From Abditibacteriaceae bacterium (GTDB lineage Bacteria; Armatimonadota; Abditibacteriia; Abditibacteriales; Abditibacteriaceae), in assembly GCA_031372065.1 (NCBI GenBank), contig JANMKN010000008.1:13117-77116 (forward strand): 64,000 nucleotides of DNA, in the 5' to 3' direction. The notes under the pieces are model-generated. The model was not told the DNA's origin. It saw only the letters and a list, made by a program, of their open reading frames with translations, and did not search any database. Made by a program: the position numbers and the translations under genes. Below, piece after piece: positions 48,470-58,722 of the stretch (within the stretch, counting starts at the first letter, position 1; every line of letters starts with the position of its first letter).

Positions 48470-49486
48470 GTGAGCAAACGAGAATTAGTGGCGACCTTCT
48501 TGGGCAACGGGTTCACACAACCGTTTTGGCGATTGGCGCCGGATAGCGGTTGTTTGCGCATTCTCGCTTATCATCGCGTGTGGGACGAAGCGCCCGAAAC
48601 CTTCGCTTTCGACGAAGAACTCATTAGTGCCAGCAGCGAAGATTTTCATCGTCAGATGTCATGGGCCAAGCGGCATTTCGAGATTTTATCATTCGCCGAT
48701 TTGCACGTTTGCGCACAGGAAAATCGTCCTTGGCCGCGTCGCGCGCTGATTGTCACTTTCGATGACGGCTATGCCGATAATTACACCCACGCCTTTCCGA
48801 TTCTTAAAGAATTAAATTTGCCCGCCACGATTTTTTTGTCTACCAGTTACATCGAGGCACCGCGCTTATTTTGGTGGGACTTAATTGCCTACTGCGTGAA
48901 ACAAACCAAACTTTCCAAAATTAAATTGCCCGATGTTTCGCCGCAGGCTTTGTCTTTTGAAAGCGAAAGGGCGCGGCGCGTGACGATAAACAAGATTTTA
49001 TCGTGGATCAAAAGTGTGCCTGACAATGTAAAAAATATATTTTTAGAAAAATTGCCAGAGCTTTTGCAAGTGAGTTTGCCCGACGACATTTCGAGCGCCA
49101 CCCAGATGAGTTGGCATCAAGTGCGCGAAATGGCGCAAAACGGCATCGAATTTGGCGGCCATTCCGTGACGCATCCGATTTTGTCAAACATTGGCGCAAG
49201 GCAATTGGAAACCGAAATCGCCGAGTGTAAACGCGAAATCGAAGATCATTTAGGCCGTGAAACACTGGTTTTTTCGTATCCCAACGGCCAATCGAATCCT
49301 GCTGTGCATAAAGCAGTGCAACGCGCCGGTTATGCTTATTCCACAGCATATTCGCCCGGCGTGGCGCATCCGGCTGCGGGTTCTTACAGTCTGCCACGCA
49401 TCGCAGTCGAAACCGATTTCTCTTTTGCGATTTTTCAGGCCAATTTATTGTTTCCCAGCATTATGTTGCGAGGTTTGAGTCAGTGA
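48470..49486 (+). CDS. Polysaccharide deacetylase (CE4)
   Basis: YHRV, VTFDDGYADN, GGHSVTHP, FSYPNG. Confidence 0.92.
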   Translation: MSKRELVATFLGNGFTQPFWRLAPDSGCLRILAYHRVWDEAPETFAFDEELISASSEDFHRQMSWAKRHFEILSFADLHVCAQENRPWPRRALIVTFDDGYADNYTHAFPILKELNLPATIFLSTSYIEAPRLFWWDLIAYCVKQTKLSKIKLPDVSPQALSFESERARRVTINKILSWIKSVPDNVKNIFLEKLPELLQVSLPDDISSATQMSWHQVREMAQNGIEFGGHSVTHPILSNIGARQLETEIAECKREIEDHLGRETLVFSYPNGQSNPAVHKAVQRAGYAYSTAYSPGVAHPAAGSYSLPRIAVETDFSFAIFQANLLFPSIMLRGLSQ

Positions 49487-50583
49487 CAACATCGAATTCA
49501 TTTCCTCTTCGCGTGATGCAGGTCACTTGGTCACTGGTGGCTGGCGGCGCGGAAATTTACGCGCTGACCATCGCCTCGCGTCTCGACAAAACCCGTTTCG
49601 TGGCGCTGATGTGCGCGATGGATCAAGGTGGCGCCATCGAACCCGAAGTGAAAAAGTGCGGCTTGCCTTATTTCATTATGAAGCGCCGCCCCGGTATTGA
49701 TTGGCGCTTGTTTGGCCGCTTGCATCGCTTGTTTCGACGCCAAAAAATAGATGTTTTGCAAACGCATCACTTCAATCAATTGTTTTACAGCGCGCCCGGC
49801 GCAAAATTGCTCGGCATTCGCATTTTTCACACCGAACACGATGTCGAATTAGCCAAAAAACCGCGCTTGCGTTTAGCGTTGAAAATATTATCGTTGTTTT
49901 GCGACAAAATGATCGCCATCGGTGATGAAACCGCGCAAATGTATCGCGATTTGGGTATTCCCGATGAGAAAATTGAAATCGTTCGTGCCGGAGTGGAACT
50001 GTCATCGTTCGATGAATCGCAAGCCGCAGCACGGCACGAATTGAATTTGGAAGCGACACATCGCGTGGCGATTATCGTGGCGCGCTTATTTCCCGAAAAA
50101 AATCATCGTTTGTTATTGGATGCATTCGCACAAGCGGCAAAAGACCAACCCGATTTTCGTTTGCTTATCGCAGGCGAAGGCACGCAAGCCGAAGCGATTC
50201 GCGCACAAATTGCAGCCTTAAAGTTAACTTCGCAAGTGCAAATGCTCGGCGTGCGGCGCGATGTGCCGCGTTTATTGGCGGCGAGCGATGTTTTTGTTTT
50301 GTCGTCTGACCGCGAAGGTTTGCCTATAGCCGTTTTAGAAGCAATGGCGGCGGCGCGTCCGGTTGTAGCAACCGCAGTAGGCAATGTGCCGGATGTCGTG
50401 TGTGATGGCGAAACCGGGCGTTTGGTGCCTCCCGGCGATGAAAAAGCCTTGGCGGAGGCGCTGAAAGACTTGTTAGGCGACAAAGCGCGCGCTGAAAATT
50501 TGGGCATTGCCGCGCGCGAAGCCGTGCGTGTTTACGATGTGAGTTATATGATTGAGCGTTACGAAAAGTTATTCAATCATTAA
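49483..50583 (+). CDS. Glycosyltransferase family 4
   Basis: GGAE and EGLPIAVLEAMA motifs. Confidence 0.93.
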   Translation: MTTSNSFPLRVMQVTWSLVAGGAEIYALTIASRLDKTRFVALMCAMDQGGAIEPEVKKCGLPYFIMKRRPGIDWRLFGRLHRLFRRQKIDVLQTHHFNQLFYSAPGAKLLGIRIFHTEHDVELAKKPRLRLALKILSLFCDKMIAIGDETAQMYRDLGIPDEKIEIVRAGVELSSFDESQAAARHELNLEATHRVAIIVARLFPEKNHRLLLDAFAQAAKDQPDFRLLIAGEGTQAEAIRAQIAALKLTSQVQMLGVRRDVPRLLAASDVFVLSSDREGLPIAVLEAMAAARPVVATAVGNVPDVVCDGETGRLVPPGDEKALAEALKDLLGDKARAENLGIAAREAVRVYDVSYMIERYEKLFNH

Positions 50584-50639
50584 CGATTTACTAACCCTTC
50601 AACGAAGCGAGACGGACAAACTATCATCCAACAATAGCG

Positions 50640-50661
50640 GGGCGCCAATGCGCCCTTTTTT
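50640..50661 (+). terminator. Possible intrinsic terminator inside the EPS cluster
   Basis: GGGCGC-CAAT-GCGCCC-TTTTTT. Confidence 0.55.
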
Positions 50662-50719
50662 GTTGTTTGGCGACTTTATTTGAGTGGCATATTTTGAATT
50701 TTGCGACAGGAGGCGATGA

Positions 50720-52267
50720 GTGAACACTAAATCAGGCGGCGCGCTGCAAATTATCCAAAACGTGCTGGTGAACTGGGCCGCGTATGCCGTCACTATTCTC
50801 ATCGGCTTTTTCATGTCGCCTTTTCTGGTGCGCTACTTGGGCGACCCGGTTTACGGCGTGTGGACGCTGCTTGGCTCGCTGACCGGCTATTTGGGCTTGC
50901 TGGACTTTGGAATTACGCCCTCGACGGTCAAAAAAGTCGCCGAATATCGCGCGCAAGACGACCAAAACGCCATCAATCGCGTGGTGACGGGCGGCGTGGT
51001 CGTTTTCATGGCCATCGGGGCCATTTCGCTGCTTGCCAGCGTGGTTATTTCGTTTTACTTCAACGATTTATTCCCCAATCCTCTTTTGCGCAGCACAGCG
51101 GCAGCGTTGGTTTTGCTGACGGGTTTGAACCTCGCTGTCACCTTTCCGGCTTCGGTTTTTATCGGCGTATTGCGCGGTTTTCAACGTTACGATATTGATG
51201 CGTCGGTTTCAACGCTGGCGCTGATTGCGCGCAGCATTTTGATAGTCATTTTGCTGCGAAGCGGCTATGGAATTATTGCCTTGGCGATTGCGACATTTGT
51301 TTTTGACATAGCGCGACTGGGCTATCTTTGGAAACGCGCTTATGATGTAAATCCCGGATTGCGTGTGGCGCGGCAGTTTTTCGATAAAGACGAAATACGC
51401 CGCTTATTCGCTTACAGTTCGCACTTTTTTTTGATTGCTGTTGGCAACAAAATCAACTTTCTGACCGATTCGATTGTCATCGGCATTTTCCTAAGCGTCG
51501 CCGCTGTGACGCCCTACTCGATTGCCTTGCGTTTAGTCAGTTACCTGCGCGAATTGGTTATCGAGATGACCGGCGTTTTGATGCCAGCGATTACGCATTT
51601 ACACACCACAAAGGCTACCGAGGGCGTGCGCGAGTTGCATATTCGCGCCACAAAATACGCAGCGCTCTTGAGTTTGCCCGTTGGCGCCTTGTTTTTAATT
51701 TTAGGCGACAACTTTATTGCTTTGTGGATGGGACAGCGCTTTGTAACCGTAAACCACACGCAAGATTTATTGTCCGCTTTAACAATCGGCATCGTAGTGC
51801 ATCTGCTTGGCACACCCACGGGAAGTGTTTTGACAGGGTTGGGGCGCCACGATATTGTCGCTCGCTTTTCTATTTTACAGGCCTTGACGAATTTAGTCGT
51901 CACTTTAATCTTGGTCAAGCCGCTGGGCCTGATGGGAGTCGCGCTGGGCACTACCATTTCGATGTGTTGCTTCTTTGTGTGGTCGAACTATATTTTCTTT
52001 AAACACTATTTGCAACAACCAATCTTAATTTTTGTTCGCCGCGCTTTGATTGGCGCGATAATCGCTCAGGTGCCTTTTTCCGCTTTACTGCTGGCAATAA
52101 AAATCTGGATGCCGCCCTCCACTTTGGGCGGCTTCTTTTTGCGAGTCGGAGTGGCATTCATTTTTTATGGTGTGTTAGTTTTTTTGCTATGTCTTAGCGC
52201 AGATGAACGTCACACCTTTGGCAGAGTTACGGAGAAATTTGGCTTGCGCCGAAGGCGTCCGGCCTAA
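50720..52267 (+). CDS. Oligosaccharide flippase (Wzx/MOP)
   Basis: LGDPVYGVW, LLDFGI; polytopic membrane protein in the EPS cluster. Confidence 0.88.
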   Translation: MNTKSGGALQIIQNVLVNWAAYAVTILIGFFMSPFLVRYLGDPVYGVWTLLGSLTGYLGLLDFGITPSTVKKVAEYRAQDDQNAINRVVTGGVVVFMAIGAISLLASVVISFYFNDLFPNPLLRSTAAALVLLTGLNLAVTFPASVFIGVLRGFQRYDIDASVSTLALIARSILIVILLRSGYGIIALAIATFVFDIARLGYLWKRAYDVNPGLRVARQFFDKDEIRRLFAYSSHFFLIAVGNKINFLTDSIVIGIFLSVAAVTPYSIALRLVSYLRELVIEMTGVLMPAITHLHTTKATEGVRELHIRATKYAALLSLPVGALFLILGDNFIALWMGQRFVTVNHTQDLLSALTIGIVVHLLGTPTGSVLTGLGRHDIVARFSILQALTNLVVTLILVKPLGLMGVALGTTISMCCFFVWSNYIFFKHYLQQPILIFVRRALIGAIIAQVPFSALLLAIKIWMPPSTLGGFFLRVGVAFIFYGVLVFLLCLSADERHTFGRVTEKFGLRRRRPA

Positions 52268-52409
52268 TGCAAAATTGCATTGTTTTGAGTTTTCATTAGT
52301 GCCAATGCCTAATCAGCGAGACAATTTGAGATAAAAATTCCTTCATTTGGCTAATTCGTTTCTTACAGCATATTTGTGTGCGATTTTAAGCCGAAAGAAG
52401 GTCGGAGAG

Positions 52410-53486
52410 ATGAGTCCTGTGAATGAACAATTTGTAATTCGTGGTGAGGGTATGACGCCTTCTTTTTCTACGCCAGTTAGTGAAACGCGTTTTCGCCAAC
52501 AGGAGACGGAGAACCTCGCTGATAATTTGCGTCGTTTTTATCAGCTCCCGGCCCACGGCATCGCCGAGGCCGCCGATGTCACGCCGCGCCGTGCCCTCAT
52601 TGCGGGCGATGTGAACCGTGCCTATACCTTGGCGAAAAAACTCAAAGAACATTTTCCGCAGCATTATTCGGTTGTCGGTTTTGTATCGCCTGATCCCAAT
52701 GCCGTTTCGCCCAATGGCATTCCTGTTTTGGGTTGCCTGAACAGCCTTGCCGATTTGACACGCAATTATGATGTTGACGAAGTTTTAATCGCGGATTTCT
52801 TGATTCCCGAATTCGACCAAACCAAGGCCGAAATCGCCGAACAAACCGAAAATTTGCGTCATCAGCCTCAAGTTTCCATAACACCCAAAGCAGCATGGTA
52901 TCGTTCCCTGAAGCGCGCCGTAGATGCCACGTTTGCGCTAACATCTCTGACTTTAGGCGCTCCACTTTTAGCACTGGCCGCATTAGCGGTGAAACTCACT
53001 TCGCGTGGCCCAGTGATTTTTGGACAGGAACGCGTGGGCTTGAACGGTGAATCGTTCATGATTTACAAGTTCCGCACCATGCGCGTGAATGCCGAAGCCC
53101 AAACTGGCCCCGTCTTAGCCCAGCATAAAGATTCGCGTTGCACACCAATTGGCGGACTGTTGCGCGCCACCAAAATTGACGAACTGCCGCAGTTATTCAA
53201 TGTGCTGCGCGGCGATATGAGCGTCGTTGGCCCGCGCCCCGAACGGCCCTGTTTTGTGAACACTTACAACGAATATGTGCCGGATTACACGCAACGTCAC
53301 AATGTCTTGCCTGGACTTACAGGCCTCGCTCAAACCAGTGGCGACCATCTGATTCACGTCAATGTCAAACTGCACTACGATTTGACTTACGTTTGCAACT
53401 GCACGCCGTGGTTAGACGCGAAATTGCTGTTCCTGACGCCGGTGACAATCATCAAAGGCATACTTCGCGTAGGCGAAGATGGTTGA
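52410..53486 (+). CDS. Priming sugar transferase (WcaJ/WbaP-like phosphoglycosyltransferase)
   Basis: KRAVD, YKFRTM, IDELPQLFNVLRGDMSVVGPRPE; RBS before ATG 52410. Confidence 0.92.
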   Translation: MSPVNEQFVIRGEGMTPSFSTPVSETRFRQQETENLADNLRRFYQLPAHGIAEAADVTPRRALIAGDVNRAYTLAKKLKEHFPQHYSVVGFVSPDPNAVSPNGIPVLGCLNSLADLTRNYDVDEVLIADFLIPEFDQTKAEIAEQTENLRHQPQVSITPKAAWYRSLKRAVDATFALTSLTLGAPLLALAALAVKLTSRGPVIFGQERVGLNGESFMIYKFRTMRVNAEAQTGPVLAQHKDSRCTPIGGLLRATKIDELPQLFNVLRGDMSVVGPRPERPCFVNTYNEYVPDYTQRHNVLPGLTGLAQTSGDHLIHVNVKLHYDLTYVCNCTPWLDAKLLFLTPVTIIKGILRVGEDG

Positions 53487-53540
53487 AAGAAGCAGGGCAA
53501 AATCTCACGCATTCTGTAAACTGAACGCAACAAAACTCAA

Positions 53541-53574
53541 GCGCCGCCGGTAGGATGATTCCTACCGGCGGCGC
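53541..53574. repeat. 15-bp perfect inverted repeat (intergenic hairpin)
   Basis: GCGCCGCCGGTAGGA-TGAT-TCCTACCGGCGGCGC, no U tail. Confidence 0.8.
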
Positions 53575-53599
53575 AGTTGTTAGAATTTCTAAGCCTCCC

Positions 53600-55372
53600 A
53601 TGAAAATATCAAACTTCTCTCGCGGTTTTTGGCTGACAATTGCCATCTTTTTCCTGCCGTCACTGACGATTCTCACACAAGCGCAAGAGAATACAACACC
53701 GCCCATCGCACTATCGCCAACGGCACCGGTTGCTTTGCCAGAAGGCGCCGCGCCATCGCCCAAAATCGAGGCCAACGGGCCAATTTATGACACAATTCAG
53801 ACCGAAGATGTAATTCAGGTGATTGTCGTCAATCATCCCGAATTTAGTCTGGACAATGTTGTGGTGCAAAATAATGGCACGGTTCCGCTGCCAGTTGTGG
53901 GCGCACTCAAAGTGGACGGCAAAACGCCCGCCGAAGCCGCGACCCTCATCACTGACAAGCTAAAAAAGCAACTGCGACAGCCGCGCGTGACGGTGGTCAT
54001 CCGGCAATCGCGGCCCCGACGCATTTTCGTATTGGGCGCGGTAGCAAGACCCGGCACCTATGATTTGCCACGCAATGCTGGCGTGGCAGAAGCCCTTGCC
54101 TTGGCAGGCGGAGGCGCGCCGAAAGCCGCGCTGTCACAAGCGACCATCAAGCGAGCCGACGGCACAGTTTTGCCAATTGATTTGCTCAAAGCTGGAAGCC
54201 AAACCGAAGCGAATATAATGCTGCAACCCGGCGATGTCTTGGTCGTGCCCGAATCGCAGGCGCGCTATACAATTCGCGGCGCAGTGGCAAAACCGGGCGT
54301 TTTTGATTTGGCAGAGGGAACTTCCATTACGGTCAGCGATGCCATTGCGCAAAGTGGCGGTGTTTTGCCGCGCGCCGCGCTTAGTCGCGCTCGAATCACG
54401 CGCGCCGACGGCACAGAAGTGCCAGTTGATCTTTATAAAGCCGTGATTTTGGGGCAGCCTGATGCGAATTTGACTTTAAATTCCGGCGATGTGCTGACTG
54501 TGCCTGTTGGCGCAGGCGTCACCATTTTGGGCGCGGTGCAACGTCCCGGCATTCTCAATCTTGAAGCGGGCACCATCACATTGGCCGAAGCCTTAGCGCA
54601 AAGCGGTGGTTTAGCGGTGCCGCCCACACAAGCCCGCATCAGCCTATCGCGCACTGGCGCCGATGGGCAAACGCAAATTTCAACGATTGACGCCGCCAGC
54701 TTGATGAATTTGCGCGATCCGACACAAAACGTGACTTTGCAAGAAGGCGACCTTGTCAGCATCGCTTCCAAAGATGCACAAACGGTTTTCATCAGTGGCG
54801 AAGTGAAAAATCCCGGCGCTTATGAACTCAAAGAAGGCGACAGTGTGCCGGAATTAATTGTGAAAGCTGGTGGCGCCTTGCCCGAAGCCGCACTGACGCA
54901 GATTTCTGTCGTCAAACGCGACGGCACCGCGCATTTGGTTGATGCCGCCAACGCCATCAAAGAAGGCGGCGATAGAGGCAAAGATTTTCCCTTGCAGCAA
55001 GGCGATTTCGTCGTTGTGCCGGAAAATAAAAATGCGGTCTTGGTCTTGGGCGCCGTCGCACAACCGGGCCGCAAAATGATTCCTGAAAACGCGCCCTTAA
55101 CCTTAGGCAATGCGTTAGCCGCTGCGGGTGGCGCCAAAGATCGCGCTCGCATCACGCAGATTTTGCTGCTCAACGAAGACAAAAAAGCGCCCGATGGGGT
55201 GCAACGTCGCATTGTGCGCCTTGATGGCAGCAAAGGCGGCGAATTAACGCTCAATGAGCCGTTAGCGCCGGGCACTTTGGTTTACGTTCCCGATGCCAAA
55301 GACGCCAATCGGGGGCCGCTCGGTCTCCTCAGTTCGCTTTCCACAGCCTTCGCTTTGTTGTTCCGCCGCTGA
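53600..55372 (+). CDS. Polysaccharide export protein (Wza/OPX-like) with five SLBB repeats
   Basis: Poly_export domain GTVPLPVVG and five G[AE]V..PG repeats. Confidence 0.9.
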   Translation: MKISNFSRGFWLTIAIFFLPSLTILTQAQENTTPPIALSPTAPVALPEGAAPSPKIEANGPIYDTIQTEDVIQVIVVNHPEFSLDNVVVQNNGTVPLPVVGALKVDGKTPAEAATLITDKLKKQLRQPRVTVVIRQSRPRRIFVLGAVARPGTYDLPRNAGVAEALALAGGGAPKAALSQATIKRADGTVLPIDLLKAGSQTEANIMLQPGDVLVVPESQARYTIRGAVAKPGVFDLAEGTSITVSDAIAQSGGVLPRAALSRARITRADGTEVPVDLYKAVILGQPDANLTLNSGDVLTVPVGAGVTILGAVQRPGILNLEAGTITLAEALAQSGGLAVPPTQARISLSRTGADGQTQISTIDAASLMNLRDPTQNVTLQEGDLVSIASKDAQTVFISGEVKNPGAYELKEGDSVPELIVKAGGALPEAALTQISVVKRDGTAHLVDAANAIKEGGDRGKDFPLQQGDFVVVPENKNAVLVLGAVAQPGRKMIPENAPLTLGNALAAAGGAKDRARITQILLLNEDKKAPDGVQRRIVRLDGSKGGELTLNEPLAPGTLVYVPDAKDANRGPLGLLSSLSTAFALLFRR

Positions 55373-55409
55373 TGCAAGCAATGTTAGGTCAGCGCAGTAG
55401 TTAAAAATT

Positions 55410-55454
55410 AAACGCGAAGAGAGAAATCAAATTTCTCTTCGCGTTTTGCTTTTG
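55410..55454 (+). terminator. Intrinsic terminator of the EPS cluster
   Basis: AAACGCGAAGAGAGAAAT-CAA-ATTTCTCTTCGCGTTTTGCTTTT. Confidence 0.75.
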
Positions 55455-55817
55455 AGTAACCATGTTTTTGAATAGATGACTCTTTTCCTTATCCACTACC
55501 CATCACGATTATGCAATAAATTTATAGAATTGCTTTTCGTGAATTGCTGACATTTGCCTTTATAAAGTGATGATGGCCTATTAAAATTATGTATTGATTC
55601 TTTTGTTGTAATATATGCCTTGGTCAAGGCGGTCGCGTGTTCATCGAAAGTAATAAAGCTGCCCTGCCACGCTTAGTTATTTTCCGCGATGTAAGTTTTA
55701 AGAATCTCCAACAGTTGTATGAGATTCAGCGTGCAATAACAAACGAGAATCTGCCGGCGGGCCGTGAAGAGCGGCTACGACAAGCCCAACAAAGTCGCAG
55801 GGACAAGGAGAGTTTCA

Positions 55818-57620
55818 ATGCGGTTGACAGTAACGGGAAAGATTGTGGCGTTGGTGCTGATTTTAGGCGTATCGGTGGGCGCTTGGCGCTATTGGAGCAA
55901 AATTGCTCCCCGCGCGGCGGACAAGCCCACAGTTGCTGTTCCAAAGATAAATTTGCCGACCAACAATTTGCCCAACACAAGCATTGGCAGCGGCGACAGT
56001 GGTTTTACCACAACTGGCACCGGCGGCTGCCCCGATAAAACGGAAGTGCGCTTATTGGGCTATGCGTGGAACGCACAAATGGGAATGCATTTGGCTTCGG
56101 GCGGCGCACAAGCGCAATCCGGCGGCTCCATGTGCAAGCACAATGTGAACTTCCGCTTTTCGCGTCAGGATGACAACAGCAAATTGCAGGAAGCTCTCGT
56201 TACCTTCGCCACGGAACTCAGTCAAGGCACGGCACAACCCAAAAAAGGCGTGCATTTCGTGACGATTATGGGTGATGGAGGCGCGGCGTTTATTGCCAGT
56301 TTGAATGAAGCTCTGCGGCGCATCGGCCCCGAATATCAGGCCAGAATCGTGGATGCCATTGGCTATTCGCGTGGCGAAGATAAATTTATGGGGCCAGCGG
56401 CGTGGAAAAACAGCCCGGCGGCCTCCAAAGGCGGCGTAGTCGCGGGCGTGTTGCGCGACGGCGACTGGAATATTGCGCAAAAATGGCTCGGCGACAATGG
56501 TTTACGCACCAACCCTGATGAAAAAACGTGGGATCCCGATGCGCTGAACTGGGTGGCAGCCAACGACTATATTGATGCCGTCGAAAAATACATCGCGGGT
56601 TATTCCGAAACGCGGGCCGTGGTGCGTAATGGGCAGCGCACGGGCGAAACCAAAAAGATCACCGTCAACGGCGTTGTCACATGGACGCCGGGCGATGTCA
56701 CACTCGCCAAGAAAAAAGGCGGTCTTGTTTCTGTTGTTTCGACCAAGGAATATAGCTCGCAAATGCCCTGCGTGGTGATTGGCATCAACAAATGGTGCCA
56801 AGCAAATCGTGGCACGGTGGAAGACATGATTTTGGCAATCGCCGAAGGCGGGCGCCAGATCAAAAACAATCCTGCCGCGCTCAAACAAGGCGCGAAAATC
56901 AGCGCCGCGCTGTATAACGAGGCCAACGCTGGCCCTGACTACTGGGAGAAGTATTTCAAAGGCACACAAGAGCGCGATGCAACCGGCCAGATTGTCGAAT
57001 TGGGTGGTTCCTCGGTCAACGATCTGGCGGACAGTATGCTCTCGTTTGGCCTGTTGCCCGGCTCGGCGAATCTTGTCGCGACAACCTATGCCGTTTTCGG
57101 CGATCTGGTGAAAGCGCAGTATCCCGAACTGGTGCCAAATTTCCCGTCGGCCAATGAGGTAGTTGACTCTTCGTATTTGAGTGGCGCGGCCAAGCGGGTT
57201 GCTCTTCCCACAACGACTATCGCCAAAGCAAGGCCAGTTTACCGGCCTTCGGCAAAACAAAAACCGGTGCTCTCGAAACGCGTGTGGCGTATTCAATTTA
57301 ATGCGGGAAAGGCTACTTTCACGCCTGAGACGCTCAAAGTTTTGGATCAATTGGGCAATCAACTATTAGTAGCGGGCGGCACCGTTGTCGAGGTGCATGG
57401 TCACACCGACAATCAGGGCGATCCACGCAAAAGTTTGCCATTGTCACAAGCCCGCGCGTCCGCCGTCAAAAGTTGGCTCGAACGGAGGGCGCCGGTCAAC
57501 TTCCCGCAAGGACGAATTCGCGCTTTTTCACACGGCGAAGCGCAGCCGCTTTATGCCAACGATTCAGCCACTCACCGCGCCTTGAATCGCCGCGTCGAAA
57601 TCGTCTTGCGAAGCGCCTAA
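55818..57620 (+). CDS. Membrane-anchored substrate-binding protein fused to a C-terminal OmpA-like domain
   Basis: AGGAG RBS; N-terminal TM; GYSRGEDK SBP region; GHTDNQG...NRRVEI OmpA motifs. Confidence 0.85.
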   Translation: MRLTVTGKIVALVLILGVSVGAWRYWSKIAPRAADKPTVAVPKINLPTNNLPNTSIGSGDSGFTTTGTGGCPDKTEVRLLGYAWNAQMGMHLASGGAQAQSGGSMCKHNVNFRFSRQDDNSKLQEALVTFATELSQGTAQPKKGVHFVTIMGDGGAAFIASLNEALRRIGPEYQARIVDAIGYSRGEDKFMGPAAWKNSPAASKGGVVAGVLRDGDWNIAQKWLGDNGLRTNPDEKTWDPDALNWVAANDYIDAVEKYIAGYSETRAVVRNGQRTGETKKITVNGVVTWTPGDVTLAKKKGGLVSVVSTKEYSSQMPCVVIGINKWCQANRGTVEDMILAIAEGGRQIKNNPAALKQGAKISAALYNEANAGPDYWEKYFKGTQERDATGQIVELGGSSVNDLADSMLSFGLLPGSANLVATTYAVFGDLVKAQYPELVPNFPSANEVVDSSYLSGAAKRVALPTTTIAKARPVYRPSAKQKPVLSKRVWRIQFNAGKATFTPETLKVLDQLGNQLLVAGGTVVEVHGHTDNQGDPRKSLPLSQARASAVKSWLERRAPVNFPQGRIRAFSHGEAQPLYANDSATHRALNRRVEIVLRSA

Positions 57621-57632
57621 AATTGTCTTCAG

Positions 57633-57676
57633 CGTGGCTAAAGTTCTCCTCCGATTGGAAGAGAACTTTAGCCACG
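57633..57676. repeat. Intergenic hairpin (mRNA-stabilising or terminator-like)
   Basis: CGTGGCTAAAGTTCTC...GAGAACTTTAGCCACG, 16-bp perfect arms. Confidence 0.75.
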
Positions 57677-57750
57677 TTTCAAAGCAAAAAGCGAATTCTA
57701 CTTTTGTTACTCCTATCCGCCTGTCGCATTAAATAAAAGACCCTTCTTCA

Positions 57751-58722
57751 ATGGATAATCCAAAGACCAATCAGGACGATTCGTCTCCGATTGATGCAGA
57801 AATTCCTCCAGCAATGGAGCCGGAATTACCACCAGTGCCTGAACAGGTAACGCCGGCTTTGGTGCAAGAAATCATGCAACAGAAAGCCACGTTGAAAGAC
57901 GCGGCGCCGGTTTCCGCGCATAAGCAAGGCTTCACTCAAGAATTAGCCGCTGCTTTCTTGCCCAACCGCGCGATTTCGCCACTCACATTAAAGATATTGG
58001 CATTAGTCGAAGCGGTCATCGCCCTACTCATTTGGTTTGCTTCGCCATTTAAAGTGTTGCCGCGCCCCGATGAAGTGTTTAGCCGCTTGCCCGATTTGTG
58101 GATTAAAGAAGGCCTTGGCAATGCGCTCGGCATTAGTTTTACGCTCAATTTGCAAGCGTTGCTGTGGTCCTCATTGATTTCGCTGGGCTTGGCATATTTA
58201 ACAGTCTTGCCGGTCTTTCGCCCCATTGTGACGGCCATTTCCAAAGGGCGCTTTCTCAGTTTTGCAGGCATCACTTTAATTTTCACGCTAATAACCGGCG
58301 GCGGGCGGCCTTTGCAAGTGGCGCTCTTGGTGTTTGGCATCACGGTTTTTTATGTGACAGGAATGGCAGCGGTCATCGCAGCCATTCCCAAAGCCGATTT
58401 CGATCATGCGCGCACTTTGCGTATGAGCGAAGGGCGTGTGGTGTGGGAAGTGGTGATTTTGGGCACTGCCGACAAAGCCTTTGAAGTGCTGCGCCAAAAC
58501 GCCGCAATGGGCTGGCTGATGTTGACTTTAGTAGAAGGAATCGTGCGTTCTGAAGGCGGCGTGGGCAATATGCTGCTCGCCGAATCGAAGCATTTTCGCC
58601 TGACCGATGTGTTCGCCATCCAGATTGTCATTTTGTTAATGGGCATGGCGCAAGATTACACTATTGGCTTGTTGCGCAGCCTGTTTTGCCCGTATGCAGA
58701 CCTCACTTTGGAGCGCAAATGA
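57751..58722 (+). CDS. ABC transporter permease (nitrate/sulfonate-type)
   Basis: LPRP, EAA-like DHARTLRMS, GWLMLTLVEG...GGVG. Confidence 0.85.
   Translation: MDNPKTNQDDSSPIDAEIPPAMEPELPPVPEQVTPALVQEIMQQKATLKDAAPVSAHKQGFTQELAAAFLPNRAISPLTLKILALVEAVIALLIWFASPFKVLPRPDEVFSRLPDLWIKEGLGNALGISFTLNLQALLWSSLISLGLAYLTVLPVFRPIVTAISKGRFLSFAGITLIFTLITGGGRPLQVALLVFGITVFYVTGMAAVIAAIPKADFDHARTLRMSEGRVVWEVVILGTADKAFEVLRQNAAMGWLMLTLVEGIVRSEGGVGNMLLAESKHFRLTDVFAIQIVILLMGMAQDYTIGLLRSLFCPYADLTLERK

Noticed and set aside
55637..56038. 133-aa ORF in the leader of the OmpA-SBP gene
   Set aside because: It overlaps the real CDS out of frame and has no recognisable motif.
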